The notes under the pieces: model-generated
Told to the model about the DNA's origin: nothing
The model's database searches: none
The model's input: the letters and a program-made list of their open reading frames with translations, nothing else
Origin: Ignisphaera sp.
Lineage (GTDB): Archaea; Thermoproteota; Thermoprotei_A; Sulfolobales; Ignisphaeraceae
NCBI GenBank assembly: GCA_038821645.1
Contig: JAWBDT010000011.1
Span: forward strand, 1-61,262
Length of the DNA stretch: 61,262 bases
Direction: 5' to 3'
Program-made: the position numbers and the translations under genes
Shown here: positions 9,606 through 19,337 of the stretch, in pieces
How the letters are laid out: the number at the start of each line of letters is the position of its first letter
Position numbering within the stretch: the stretch's first letter is position 1

Positions 9606-10787
9606 TCACTTCTTTGTATTGATTTCAACAATATCTCTATCCTCTAAAATATGATCTGCACCAACTCTTTGTCCTGGATATTTTGCTGAAGTTCCCCATA
9701 TGCGTGCATAAGCAAATTTTTCATAGAGTTCTTTATGTATAATTTTGGCTACATCTAGAACTGTTGTACCTTTCTTTACCACAAGTGGTTTATCTGATGG
9801 TTTGCCTAGGGGTGGCTTGGTGTAGATCCTTATCAAATCTAGTGCTTTGAATATCGTGGATCCTATATTTTCAAGACCAATTCTATATAGAGTTGATACT
9901 GCAAGCATAGGTATATCGTTTGGTAAAATAGATCTAAGTAATTCTACACTTTTTAGAGTTTCATCTAAATCTATCTTATTCACAACAATTATTGTTGGTT
10001 TGTATATAGTAGTTTCATATATTGATCTCTCGACATCATCAATATCGATCTCTCCGTATACCTTTACAACAGCATGATATATCCTATAGCTATTTAGGAG
10101 TTTTGCTATATCTTCTTCAGTACATAGAAGCTTGCCGTAGTTTATGATCCTTATACCTCCCCCATATTTGCGTTCAATATTCACATATCCTTTAGGTTTT
10201 TCTATGTATAGTCCATGTTCTTCGAGAAAGTTTTTGATAAAGAGAAAATCATCAACAACGTCTCTTGATGCATCTAACATCAACACTATTCCATCACTAT
10301 TCTTTGCCAAACCTACAACCTTTGTATTCCAACCACCTCCCTCAGGTATTATTGCTGGTGATTCAACTAATTGAAATTGTATATCTTCATAATGTAGCAT
10401 ACCTACTGCTGGAAACTTTGTTGTATACGGTACATCTGATACTTGAACATTTGCATTTGTGAGTACCTTTAGGAAAGAACTCTTACCAACCTTTGTCAAA
10501 CCTATGATAACCACTTGGGCTGCGCCTTCCTTTTCGACAAAAAAAGATATACCACCACCTGATTTCTTCTTCTTCCTCTCATCTATTTCCTCCCTTAATT
10601 CAGCCATTCTTCGTCTTGCCCATCTAACAAGATTCTCGGTTCCCTTATGTTTAGGAACTGATGAAAGAAATTCTTCTAATGCTCTCAATTTTTCTTCAGG
10701 CGTTTTAGCATCCATATATTTAGCGAACTTAGCCTTTGCTTCAGCCGGTAGATTTGTAACCACTTTCTTTACCCTAAATCTATACAT
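9606..10787 (-). CDS. DRG/OBG-family GTPase with TGS domain
   Basis: PKHKGTE, GLTKVGKSS, PYTT, NKID, C-terminal TGS (FAYARIWG..GQRVG..LEDRDIVEI). Confidence 0.93.
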   Translation of the reverse strand: MYRFRVKKVVTNLPAEAKAKFAKYMDAKTPEEKLRALEEFLSSVPKHKGTENLVRWARRRMAELREEIDERKKKKSGGGISFFVEKEGAAQVVIIGLTKVGKSSFLKVLTNANVQVSDVPYTTKFPAVGMLHYEDIQFQLVESPAIIPEGGGWNTKVVGLAKNSDGIVLMLDASRDVVDDFLFIKNFLEEHGLYIEKPKGYVNIERKYGGGIRIINYGKLLCTEEDIAKLLNSYRIYHAVVKVYGEIDIDDVERSIYETTIYKPTIIVVNKIDLDETLKSVELLRSILPNDIPMLAVSTLYRIGLENIGSTIFKALDLIRIYTKPPLGKPSDKPLVVKKGTTVLDVAKIIHKELYEKFAYARIWGTSAKYPGQRVGADHILEDRDIVEINTKK

Positions 10788-10854
10788 TTTGTATTTACTG
10801 ACTCAAAAATTTATTTTATTTCAGAATATCTCATATGAATTAGTTGTTCTCGAC

Positions 10855-10910
10855 AATATGATGAAGCCGAGGCGCTACTGAAATATGATGTTTGAATCCG
10901 TGTCTGATTA
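10855..10910 (+). ncRNA. Box C/D methylation guide sRNA
   Basis: C ATGATGA (10858-64), guide AGCCGAGGCGCTA, D' CTGA (10878-81), C' ATGATGT (10885-91), guide TTGAATCCGTGT, D CTGA (10904-07). Confidence 0.87.
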
Positions 10911-10916
10911 AATGGT

Positions 10917-12218
10917 TTATCTTAAAATATATTTTCCTGCGTAAACTGCTTCTGAGCCAAGAAGTTTTTCTATTCTTAACAATTCATTATATTTTGCTGT
11001 TCTTTCTCCTCTCGCAGGTGCACCTGTTTTTATGAATGGTCCTCCAACAGCTGTAGCTATATGGGCTATTGATGTGTCTTCGCTTTCCCCACTTCTATGA
11101 CTAATTATCGTTACTATACTATTCTGTTTAGACATCTCGATAAACTCTAGAGTTTCTGACAATGTTCCCACTTGATTAGGTTTAACTATTACACCACTTA
11201 CAGCTTCTCTCTTTATAGCCTCTGATAATCTCTTAACATTTGTGACAGTTAGATCGTCTCCCACAATTATAACCTTACCTTTGAGAACTCTACGTAGTTC
11301 AGCATATCCTTCGAAATCATCTTCATTAAATGGATCTTCTATGCTAAGCAATGCATATTCATCTACAAGTTTCTTCCAATACTCTATGAGCTTATCCTTT
11401 GATAATTCCTGACCATCTATTCTATATACATCTTTATTCTCGACATAGAATTGTGAAGCTGCTGCATCAAGCGATATCCTGATTTGCTTCTCTGTATCAT
11501 ATCCACAATTCTTTATAGACTTAGTTAAAGCATGTATAGCCTCGCTAACAAGCTTCATGGGTGGTGCAAATCCTCCTTCATCACCTACATTAACTGCAGA
11601 AGCACCATATTGTGATTTAAGGAGCGATTTCAATTCCTTATATATTTCTACTGCTGCTCTAAGTGCTTCTGAAAATCTATCAAATCCTATAGGAACTATC
11701 ATAAACTCTTGTACAGCAAGCTCATTACCTGCATGAGCTCCACCGTTTATTATGTTCAGCATAGGTACGGGAAGAACTCTAGCTCTTGATCCTCCAAGAT
11801 ATTGGAATAATGGTAGTTTAGCAGTATCAGCTGCAGCTTTTGCTACAGCTAAACTCGTTGCTATCATAGCATTACCCCCAATTTTCTCTTTATTTTGGGT
11901 TCCGTCAAGCTCTATGAGTATCTTATCTATTTCATACTGTTTTCTGGAATCCATACCCTGTATAGCTGAAGCAATATAGTTCACAACATTTCCTACAGCT
12001 TTGAGAACCCCTCTACCTTTATATCTATTCACATCTCCATCCCTTATCTCGACAGCTTCAAACTTACCTCTTGATGCTCCAGCAGGAGCTATAGCTCTAC
12101 CTACACCACCACCTATTGTTTCGATATATACTTCAACTGTGGGATCTCCTCTGGAATCGATAACTTGAAGGGCATCTACATATTTTATCAAGTAGGGATT
12201 CGCCATAATGTACACCAA
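10917..12218 (-). CDS. eno: Enolase
   Basis: DSRGDPTVE, GASRG, NGGAHA, VGDEGG, SHRSGE, KYNELLRIE. Confidence 0.97.
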   Translation of the reverse strand: MVYIMANPYLIKYVDALQVIDSRGDPTVEVYIETIGGGVGRAIAPAGASRGKFEAVEIRDGDVNRYKGRGVLKAVGNVVNYIASAIQGMDSRKQYEIDKILIELDGTQNKEKIGGNAMIATSLAVAKAAADTAKLPLFQYLGGSRARVLPVPMLNIINGGAHAGNELAVQEFMIVPIGFDRFSEALRAAVEIYKELKSLLKSQYGASAVNVGDEGGFAPPMKLVSEAIHALTKSIKNCGYDTEKQIRISLDAAASQFYVENKDVYRIDGQELSKDKLIEYWKKLVDEYALLSIEDPFNEDDFEGYAELRRVLKGKVIIVGDDLTVTNVKRLSEAIKREAVSGVIVKPNQVGTLSETLEFIEMSKQNSIVTIISHRSGESEDTSIAHIATAVGGPFIKTGAPARGERTAKYNELLRIEKLLGSEAVYAGKYILR

Positions 12219-12289
12219 GATGTTTAATTACGTATTAACGCTAAAACTTTAAATATTTAAATCTGTCATAAATGTTGGGTGTAACAATT

Positions 12290-12619
12290 ATGACTAAAGG
12301 AGGAAAAGGTGGTAAGGACACGCGGGGGAATATATGCCCTAAATGTGGCACAGCCGTAGAGCCATCTAAGACATGGCAATTAGTTTCACCTTTACCCGAT
12401 AGTCAAGGAAGAATAACGATAACAGTTATGGGTAGTTACGAATGTCCTACATGTGGATATAGATGGAGAGGTGTTGTAACTAAAATGAAAGTTGGAGAAG
12501 ATGTTGAGATAGAAGGTGCTAAAAAGAGTGTTAAATTATCTAAGGAGACCTCAAAACCTAGTAGACCTGCCCACGTTATAGAGCTAGATCTTGAAGAACT
12601 AGAGAGTGAGGAAGAATAG
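12290..12619 (+). CDS. Cren7-like zinc-ribbon chromatin protein
   Basis: CPKCG..EPSKTWQL..GSYECPTCGYRWR resembles the Cren7 core; acidic tail. Confidence 0.6.
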   Translation: MTKGGKGGKDTRGNICPKCGTAVEPSKTWQLVSPLPDSQGRITITVMGSYECPTCGYRWRGVVTKMKVGEDVEIEGAKKSVKLSKETSKPSRPAHVIELDLEELESEEE

Positions 12620-12622
12620 TGG

Positions 12623-13153
12623 ATGATGCTCAAAAAAATTATGGACATAGTTGTAAATGTTTTTCTGATAATAGTTGTACTCTTCCTGATTTACGTTAAC
12701 GTGATGTACTATATTTATGATCAAGTTGTCTTAGCTGTTGTGAAGGGTGTGAGCATGTATCCTCTTCTACGTGAAAACGATATAGTTGTAATAATACCTC
12801 CCAAGGACATAGAGTTGGGTAATGTAATAGTGTTTAAAAATGATAGAAATGAATTTGTGATACATCGTGTTATAGCCATAGCTACTTGTAGTGATGGAGG
12901 TATGGTTTATGTAACTAAAGGAGATAATAATGTATATGTAGATAGCCATATCTTGAGTGGTGTTGCATATATGACTAGTAGAGAATGTCGTGTAGATGAT
13001 TTAAGGATTTTGAAAGGATATGAAGCATATGTTAAGTCAGTTATGCAAGGAGATGTAATTAGAGGTATACCTATGGATAGAGTAGTTGGTAAAGCGCTCT
13101 CGATTTCAAACATGATTGTGAAAATAACAGGTCTTACACCTCTTAGATACTAG
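12623..13153 (+). CDS. Signal peptidase I (Sec11/SipW type)
   Basis: N-terminal TM, GVSMYP, VIHRV, TKGDNN. Confidence 0.92.
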   Translation: MMLKKIMDIVVNVFLIIVVLFLIYVNVMYYIYDQVVLAVVKGVSMYPLLRENDIVVIIPPKDIELGNVIVFKNDRNEFVIHRVIAIATCSDGGMVYVTKGDNNVYVDSHILSGVAYMTSRECRVDDLRILKGYEAYVKSVMQGDVIRGIPMDRVVGKALSISNMIVKITGLTPLRY

Positions 13154-15168
13154 ATACTCTTTTCAAGTATGTATCTACATACTTCTTTAACATACATTCC
13201 ACTAGAGTTTAGCTTACAGATCTTCTCTAAATATTCTCGCCATCCGTACCCAAACCTTTGCCAATCTCTATACCTCTCTCTAATTCTTGTTAAAGCCTCA
13301 TAATGAAATAGACACATATTTTCTTTATATACACTTCTTCCACATATATGACAAGCATTTTTTGAACTTGTATCCATCTTGATATAAAACTTGATTACTT
13401 CAACTATGTCAGAAATATAGGTGTTTATATTCCTCAAATATCTGTTAATAATGGTTCTAGCCCTCTCTTCGACATTTTTACAGCTTATTCTTTCCATTTT
13501 AATGTCATAAAGCATTTTCTCAAATTCTCTAGTTAGATCTACACTTACAAGATCCTTAACATATTCCTTAAGAATGTGTACTAATGCTATAGCTAGATCT
13601 GATACCTCTATTCCTCTAGATCTATGATACACATAGCCACGTTTAAAGAGTGTTTCAATTATTTCTGCTCTAGTAGATTCTGTACCTATTTCAACACTTT
13701 CCATCCATTTTAATATATCAATCCTTGTAGGCGATTTTAAGGAACGTGAATATCTTATGTTTAAGCGTAAATCTTCTATAGGTACACTCATTCCCTCCTT
13801 CAGAAGGTTGTAGGGAATTAATTTTTCATTAATTTCTATAAATGGATAATAAACACTCCAACCTTTTTCAATAATTCTAACTCCACGTAAAACGTATTGA
13901 CGGCCATGAACATCGAAATATATATTCATGTACTGAATCTTCATAGGGTTTGCAAAAGTTGCTAAATATCTTCTGACTATAAGATCATAGAGCTTAAGAT
14001 GAAGTTTACCGAGTTTAGCTAAATCTCCCTCTCCTGTGGGATATATAGCTGGATGAGCTGGATCATCTTTGGGGCCGTTATTAGGTTTAAGTATTCCTCT
14101 ACATTCAGTAAACAGTTTTGCTACAAGAGGTTTGTATGTAGGAATTAGAGATAACTTCTCTAATATACTTCTATTATTTAATGATTGTGGAAGTTTTTGA
14201 CTATTTGTTCTAGGGTAACTTATCAAAGCCTCTAGATACAGATCTTCAGCTATTTTCTGTGTGAGATAAGGTGATATTTTTAGTACTCTATATGCTTCAC
14301 TCTGTAAATCAGGTAGGTTAAATGGATGTGGTGAAGGGACTTCAACATTTTTAATAGATATGTTCTTTACATATGCCTGTGTATTACCTTTAACCTTGTC
14401 GAGATATCTTTGTGCTTCTTCATATGAATTGAATGGTTCATCTAGAGGCTCCAAGGTATATACATTACCATCAATGGCTATTTTTATCGATGGATAAGCT
14501 AGAGGTACAGGTATGTGAAGTCTCTTCTTAAGCACAACATCAACAATATATGCTAGAGTGGGTGTCTGTACTCTTCCCGCACTCAAGATTCTTCTAGATC
14601 TGAAGACTCGAGAATATATATCCATTAGAGCACGTGATATATTTATTCCCCATAGCCAATCTAGTACATGTCTACAGTAGCCAGCTTCAATCATGTTGTA
14701 GTCTAGTCCTGAAAGATTCTCAAAAGCTCTAACTATATCTGAAGCTGTAAGACTTGAAAATTTTGCTCTAAAAGCCCTTCTTTCGTCTCCAAGATTCTTT
14801 ATAACCATGTACCCTATTAACGATCCTTCAACATCATAATCACAAGCATTTATGTAGACCTTTGCATATCTAGATAACTTAGCTATAACATCTAGAAATT
14901 TTTTTATATGTTTAGTTTTTTTATCAACGAGATATCGTGGAACCCATTCATAAGTATAAACAGGATATCCTTTCGAACTAGTAGATAATGTATACATATG
15001 TCCAGCTACAGAAGCTATTACATAGTATTCATGATTTCTATATGTTATCCATACAGGTACACCATTTATAGAAATTTTTGATGGTTTGCCAAGTGCATAT
15101 GCTATTTTTTCTGCAGCTCTTGGCTTCTCGGCTATGACAAGTATGTAGCTAGAGGGCAATTTTAGCAT
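13150..15168 (-). CDS. topA: DNA topoisomerase I (type IA)
   Basis: IAEKP, ACDYDVEG, SAGRVQTP, ISYPRT, AHPAIYPT, IGTESTR. Confidence 0.96.
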   Translation of the reverse strand: MLKLPSSYILVIAEKPRAAEKIAYALGKPSKISINGVPVWITYRNHEYYVIASVAGHMYTLSTSSKGYPVYTYEWVPRYLVDKKTKHIKKFLDVIAKLSRYAKVYINACDYDVEGSLIGYMVIKNLGDERRAFRAKFSSLTASDIVRAFENLSGLDYNMIEAGYCRHVLDWLWGINISRALMDIYSRVFRSRRILSAGRVQTPTLAYIVDVVLKKRLHIPVPLAYPSIKIAIDGNVYTLEPLDEPFNSYEEAQRYLDKVKGNTQAYVKNISIKNVEVPSPHPFNLPDLQSEAYRVLKISPYLTQKIAEDLYLEALISYPRTNSQKLPQSLNNRSILEKLSLIPTYKPLVAKLFTECRGILKPNNGPKDDPAHPAIYPTGEGDLAKLGKLHLKLYDLIVRRYLATFANPMKIQYMNIYFDVHGRQYVLRGVRIIEKGWSVYYPFIEINEKLIPYNLLKEGMSVPIEDLRLNIRYSRSLKSPTRIDILKWMESVEIGTESTRAEIIETLFKRGYVYHRSRGIEVSDLAIALVHILKEYVKDLVSVDLTREFEKMLYDIKMERISCKNVEERARTIINRYLRNINTYISDIVEVIKFYIKMDTSSKNACHICGRSVYKENMCLFHYEALTRIRERYRDWQRFGYGWREYLEKICKLNSSGMYVKEVCRYILEKSI

Positions 15169-15362
15169 GTTTACTCCAATTCCTACTAGATTTAAGCAAT
15201 ATCTAAAATATCTAACACATTATATTATGATTATTACCATTAAATATATCTCCATCTCACCACATTGTATAACTATTATGACTACAATCTAGGTGATCAT
15301 TAAGCATGCATAAAACTATTTATTAGTTACTTTACAATAAGTTTAATTAGACGGGTGATAAC

Positions 15363-16124
15363 TTGAGTACAATACAGTTAACTATAGAGCCTAAGGCATT
15401 ATTCTTGTATCCAAGTGCGAGAGATTATATAGCAATTTTAAAGACTGTTGCAGAACTTGTTGATGAAACAGCAATACACGTAGATTCCGAAGGAGTACAT
15501 ATAAGGGCTCTAGATCCGAGTAGAATAGCTATGCTGATTATCGATTTACCTCCTGAGACATTCCATGAATTCAAGGTGGATGAAAGTATATCTATAGGTT
15601 TGGCTGTATCGAATCTAGCAAAGATACTCAAAAACTTGAAAAAAAGCGATAAGATGATTGTAGCAGCTAATGAAGAATATGTGGAGATTGTTATTGAAGG
15701 AATAAATCCAAGGAGATATAAGTTTAGGAATATAACTGTATTAGCAGAAGAGGTTCCAGAACTTAAACCGGTATACGATGTAGAGGCATCGATTTTGACA
15801 TCACCGCTTAAGACAACTATTACTGAATTATCAGATATAGCTTCAACAATAGGTATATCATCTGATAGCGAATCCTTAACGTTTTTTGACTATGATACAA
15901 GAAAAAACACTTATAGATTAACTACAGCTTCAGGAAACATTGTAAGTCTAACGGTAAATAAGAGTGTTACGGTTCCCTATGATAGTGAATACATAGCCAA
16001 GGTAATAGACATACTTAGTTTAGGTAATGTTGTGGATCTGAAGTATGGTTCAGAAGCACCTCTACACCTATCACTAGAGTTTGCTGGAGGAAAAATCATG
16101 TATTATTTAGCTGCAAAAGCTTAG
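15363..16124 (+). CDS. pcn: DNA sliding clamp PCNA subunit
   Basis: IRALDPSRIAM, PLHLSL, YYLAAK; 253 aa. Confidence 0.9.
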   Translation: MSTIQLTIEPKALFLYPSARDYIAILKTVAELVDETAIHVDSEGVHIRALDPSRIAMLIIDLPPETFHEFKVDESISIGLAVSNLAKILKNLKKSDKMIVAANEEYVEIVIEGINPRRYKFRNITVLAEEVPELKPVYDVEASILTSPLKTTITELSDIASTIGISSDSESLTFFDYDTRKNTYRLTTASGNIVSLTVNKSVTVPYDSEYIAKVIDILSLGNVVDLKYGSEAPLHLSLEFAGGKIMYYLAAKA

Positions 16125-16153
16125 CACGATATGATACACAATATAAGTCATAT

Positions 16154-17353
16154 CTACTGCTTCGTTTTGTCTATCTCGTTCTTTCTTGAACTAGAATTCA
16201 ACAATTTTCTTGTATAGACAAGAGGATTCTTAATATTGCATTCAGCTTTACACATTCCCAAAGTTTTCATGGTATCACAACTATACACAAGATATTTCTT
16301 CTTGGATCCTTTAAGCCCAGCTAAATGCTCTATTTGATACCGGGTAATTTTCTCATTAAAATCTGGGCTATAGCTGAACAGCTTCACTATTATATCTAGG
16401 TTTATACCTATGTTTATTAAGAATGTGGCTAATGCAAAACGTTGATGATGTGATAGATTTTCGCCTTTTGTAATATCCTCAATAAGCTTTCGTATACATG
16501 GAGGAAAGAGAGTTTGAGCTACAGAGATAAGTTCATCGATATTGTGGATCTCTAGAGAAGTAGTACTTGTTGACGTTAATGTGTCTATTTCATTAATACC
16601 TCTTCTACCCACTTTTTTAGTAGCTGAGTTTAGAAATTCATTAATAATTAGGCCAAGATCTATGTGTATGGTTTTTATCAAATTAAGTAGATTTTCTCTA
16701 AAGCCATGTAGGTTAGTACATGTAGATCTCAGTTCTCTAAGTCTAGAACTTGTTATATTATAGATACCTTCTGAAATAAGTCTCAAAACTTTTTCTCTAT
16801 CATCTATATAGATATAACCCTTATGCATAGGAAATGCTGATAACTTCCATGAAGATTCTGTTAACAGTTTTTGTGCAACATTTAAGTAGATATATATAGG
16901 TATGCGGTATTTATAGCATATACTTGTTATGGTATTGCTATGTGATACTATGTACGGTATCTCTTTAAAGCATGTTTTACGATATTCTATATTTAGTCCC
17001 AATGCTCCTGAACGAAGGACTATGTTCTCATCATCTAGAGCTTCGAGAATCTTTCGTTTATAAGTTTTTGAGAAGTGTAAAGAAAATCTACTTATGTAAG
17101 GATCTCCTAAGATTATTGCTATAGCGGCCAACAAGAGGTACATAGAGTCGGAAACTATTATGATAGAGTTTTTATCAACATCATGAGCTTCTACATTACC
17201 TTGAAAAACAAGTTGAAGAATTTTGCTGTAATCAGTATGTCTCCTTATTAGATCATCAAATTCAAATTGTGGATAATGAGTAGGATCTGTAATGATATTA
17301 ATCAAGTCTTCACATGACTTAACCTTTAATAAGACATTTAATACTTTGTCCAT
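16154..17353 (-). CDS. priL: DNA primase large subunit
   Basis: FPPCI, NLSHHQRFALATFL, PDFNEKITRYQIEH, YSCDTMKTLGMC..C..KNP Fe-S domain. Confidence 0.92.
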   Translation of the reverse strand: MDKVLNVLLKVKSCEDLINIITDPTHYPQFEFDDLIRRHTDYSKILQLVFQGNVEAHDVDKNSIIIVSDSMYLLLAAIAIILGDPYISRFSLHFSKTYKRKILEALDDENIVLRSGALGLNIEYRKTCFKEIPYIVSHSNTITSICYKYRIPIYIYLNVAQKLLTESSWKLSAFPMHKGYIYIDDREKVLRLISEGIYNITSSRLRELRSTCTNLHGFRENLLNLIKTIHIDLGLIINEFLNSATKKVGRRGINEIDTLTSTSTTSLEIHNIDELISVAQTLFPPCIRKLIEDITKGENLSHHQRFALATFLINIGINLDIIVKLFSYSPDFNEKITRYQIEHLAGLKGSKKKYLVYSCDTMKTLGMCKAECNIKNPLVYTRKLLNSSSRKNEIDKTKQ

Positions 17354-17354
17354 A

Positions 17355-17834
17355 TTAACACTCAGCTACTGAGTTACTCAGTACAATTCTTTTATCGAGA
17401 TCCGAGCATGTAGCGCTACTCTCAAGAGCTGACACAAAGTATCTACATATACTCTGTAGACTATATCTGTTATCTACATAAACACAAGCTTTTTCTCTAT
17501 CTTCAGATCTTAGAACTTTCACAACCATAAATGGATTTAATGGAGGGTCGGGTAACTCGTTAAGTGGTTTCTCTTTCCCGATGTATGTCCAAACAAGTCT
17601 ACCTTCACTATACATTATCTTGTACCAATATCTACCATAGTAATGGTATACCTTTGTACCATTTCTGCACCTCTTAACAGCTATATGTACAGGCTTCAAA
17701 TAAACACCATATAGTTTTGCTATATTATTGTAATTATATAGTTCAACTCTATATAGGTCAATCAGTTTCTTAATCATATCCTCAATACAGTCTATATTTA
17801 CACAGAAAAGTAATATTTCTTCATTCTTTTTCAT
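17355..17834 (-). CDS. Conserved hypothetical protein upstream of priL
   Basis: YLKPVH, YHYYGRYWYK, WTYIGKEKP..LPDPP; 1-nt gap to priL. Confidence 0.65.
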   Translation of the reverse strand: MKKNEEILLFCVNIDCIEDMIKKLIDLYRVELYNYNNIAKLYGVYLKPVHIAVKRCRNGTKVYHYYGRYWYKIMYSEGRLVWTYIGKEKPLNELPDPPLNPFMVVKVLRSEDREKACVYVDNRYSLQSICRYFVSALESSATCSDLDKRIVLSNSVAEC

Positions 17835-18050
17835 TAGTATCCCATACTTAGATACAATTTTGAATAAATATATTCTGTGACCCTATTACCACATTATACT
17901 GTGTGAATAAAATCCTAGGAGAATATCACAATTAAGATTTTACCCACATTGTATCTTCAAGATGCAGAGGAGTAACTATTTACGTAATGGAAGTAATAAA
18001 ATCTAGTATTATTTAAGCCTTAGGCCAACATATAATATACATCACAATGT

Positions 18051-19175
18051 TTATACTCTTTTATCAATGCTTTCTATAACTGAACGTGCTCTCCTTATAT
18101 GTTTATCACCAATTGTGAGCATAAGTCCTTGATCAACAACAAGTTCACCTCCTATCACAACTGTGTCAACAGTATAATTCATCAACATAATTTCTCTAGC
18201 GATATTGTCTTCAGTTATAGGTATAGGTCCTGTAGGTGGCTTAGAGAAATCCAGTATTATTATGTCTGCTGGTTTTCCATTTTCTATAGCATCTGTTCCT
18301 ATGTCTAGATTTGTTGGATTATACTGACATAGAGTATTTATTATTTCTAATGGTTTTCCAATAACCCTACCCATGTTTATGATAAAAGACTTGGGATTAA
18401 GATGTAGAGGGTCTATTGAAATTAAACCTTTTTCAGGATACCATAGGTTAGGATCTAGGTAAACAATTTTATGTATAGATGTATTGTCTATGTTTAAGGA
18501 TTTGTGGATAATTAAGATACAATATTTAATTACATTATTGTTTCTCTCTATACTCTCAATAACATCTTGATCTATATAGAGTCTAGCATTAAAGGTTTTA
18601 GCAATATCTATAATATTTCTATTGGTTTTATTATTGATGTAGAGTCCAAAGGTTATTATATTTTTGTTTATAGCTTCTTGATCATGTATGTTCCTTAGAG
18701 ATGATTTAATGATTTCTTCAATCGAGTTTGCATCGATGTTGTTTGTAGGTATAAGTATTCGAACCCTTATCCAACACTCAGATGCTGCTCGAGCAATTGC
18801 TGAAAGTATTTTTTGATCAATAACATCCACACGTGTGACGATAGATGTAGCACCACTTAATGCAAAAGAAGCAAGATTCATTGCCACTAGAGCCTCTATA
18901 TCGTTTAAACTTAGTGTATTTATAATGTTGTTTATAGAATCCTTTTTAAATCTAAATACATATCTAAGTATATCACCCATACCTATCACAAATCCGGGCA
19001 TGGCAATGGAATATCGTCCATCTATAACATAATCAGCAAATTCTAGTTCGGGTGGAGGACTTCCTGTTCCTACAGATGTTATAACTCCTTTATTTAGATA
19101 TATAAATCCTTTTTCAGTAAACTGTTTATTTGGTAAAGGATATATAGAAGCATTCTCTATCAGTATCCTCATCAT
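18051..19175 (-). CDS. Amidohydrolase-superfamily protein, metal ligands degenerate
   Basis: VIDGRYSIAMPGF at N-terminus and IENGKPADIIILD..VDTVVIGGELV at C-terminus; HxH absent. Confidence 0.7.
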   Translation of the reverse strand: MMRILIENASIYPLPNKQFTEKGFIYLNKGVITSVGTGSPPPELEFADYVIDGRYSIAMPGFVIGMGDILRYVFRFKKDSINNIINTLSLNDIEALVAMNLASFALSGATSIVTRVDVIDQKILSAIARAASECWIRVRILIPTNNIDANSIEEIIKSSLRNIHDQEAINKNIITFGLYINNKTNRNIIDIAKTFNARLYIDQDVIESIERNNNVIKYCILIIHKSLNIDNTSIHKIVYLDPNLWYPEKGLISIDPLHLNPKSFIINMGRVIGKPLEIINTLCQYNPTNLDIGTDAIENGKPADIIILDFSKPPTGPIPITEDNIAREIMLMNYTVDTVVIGGELVVDQGLMLTIGDKHIRRARSVIESIDKRV

Positions 19176-19337
19176 GACACCCGAAATGATGAAATGAAAG
19201 AATATCTCATGGCATAAGATTTACATTATATTTGACTTATTCATAAACTTACTTAATATATCTTATACATTACGTATTGATATGAGTATCTTAGTCCTTG
19301 ATCTTTAAGCAAGATCTCACTAGATTTATCTAACTCT

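Noticed and set aside
12623-12668. ATGATGC...CTGA at the signal peptidase start
   Set aside because: No internal D'/C' boxes, low-complexity spacers; explained by coding sequence
19186-19240. ATGATGA box C-like motif upstream of the amidohydrolase-like gene
   Set aside because: No properly spaced D', C' or D boxes
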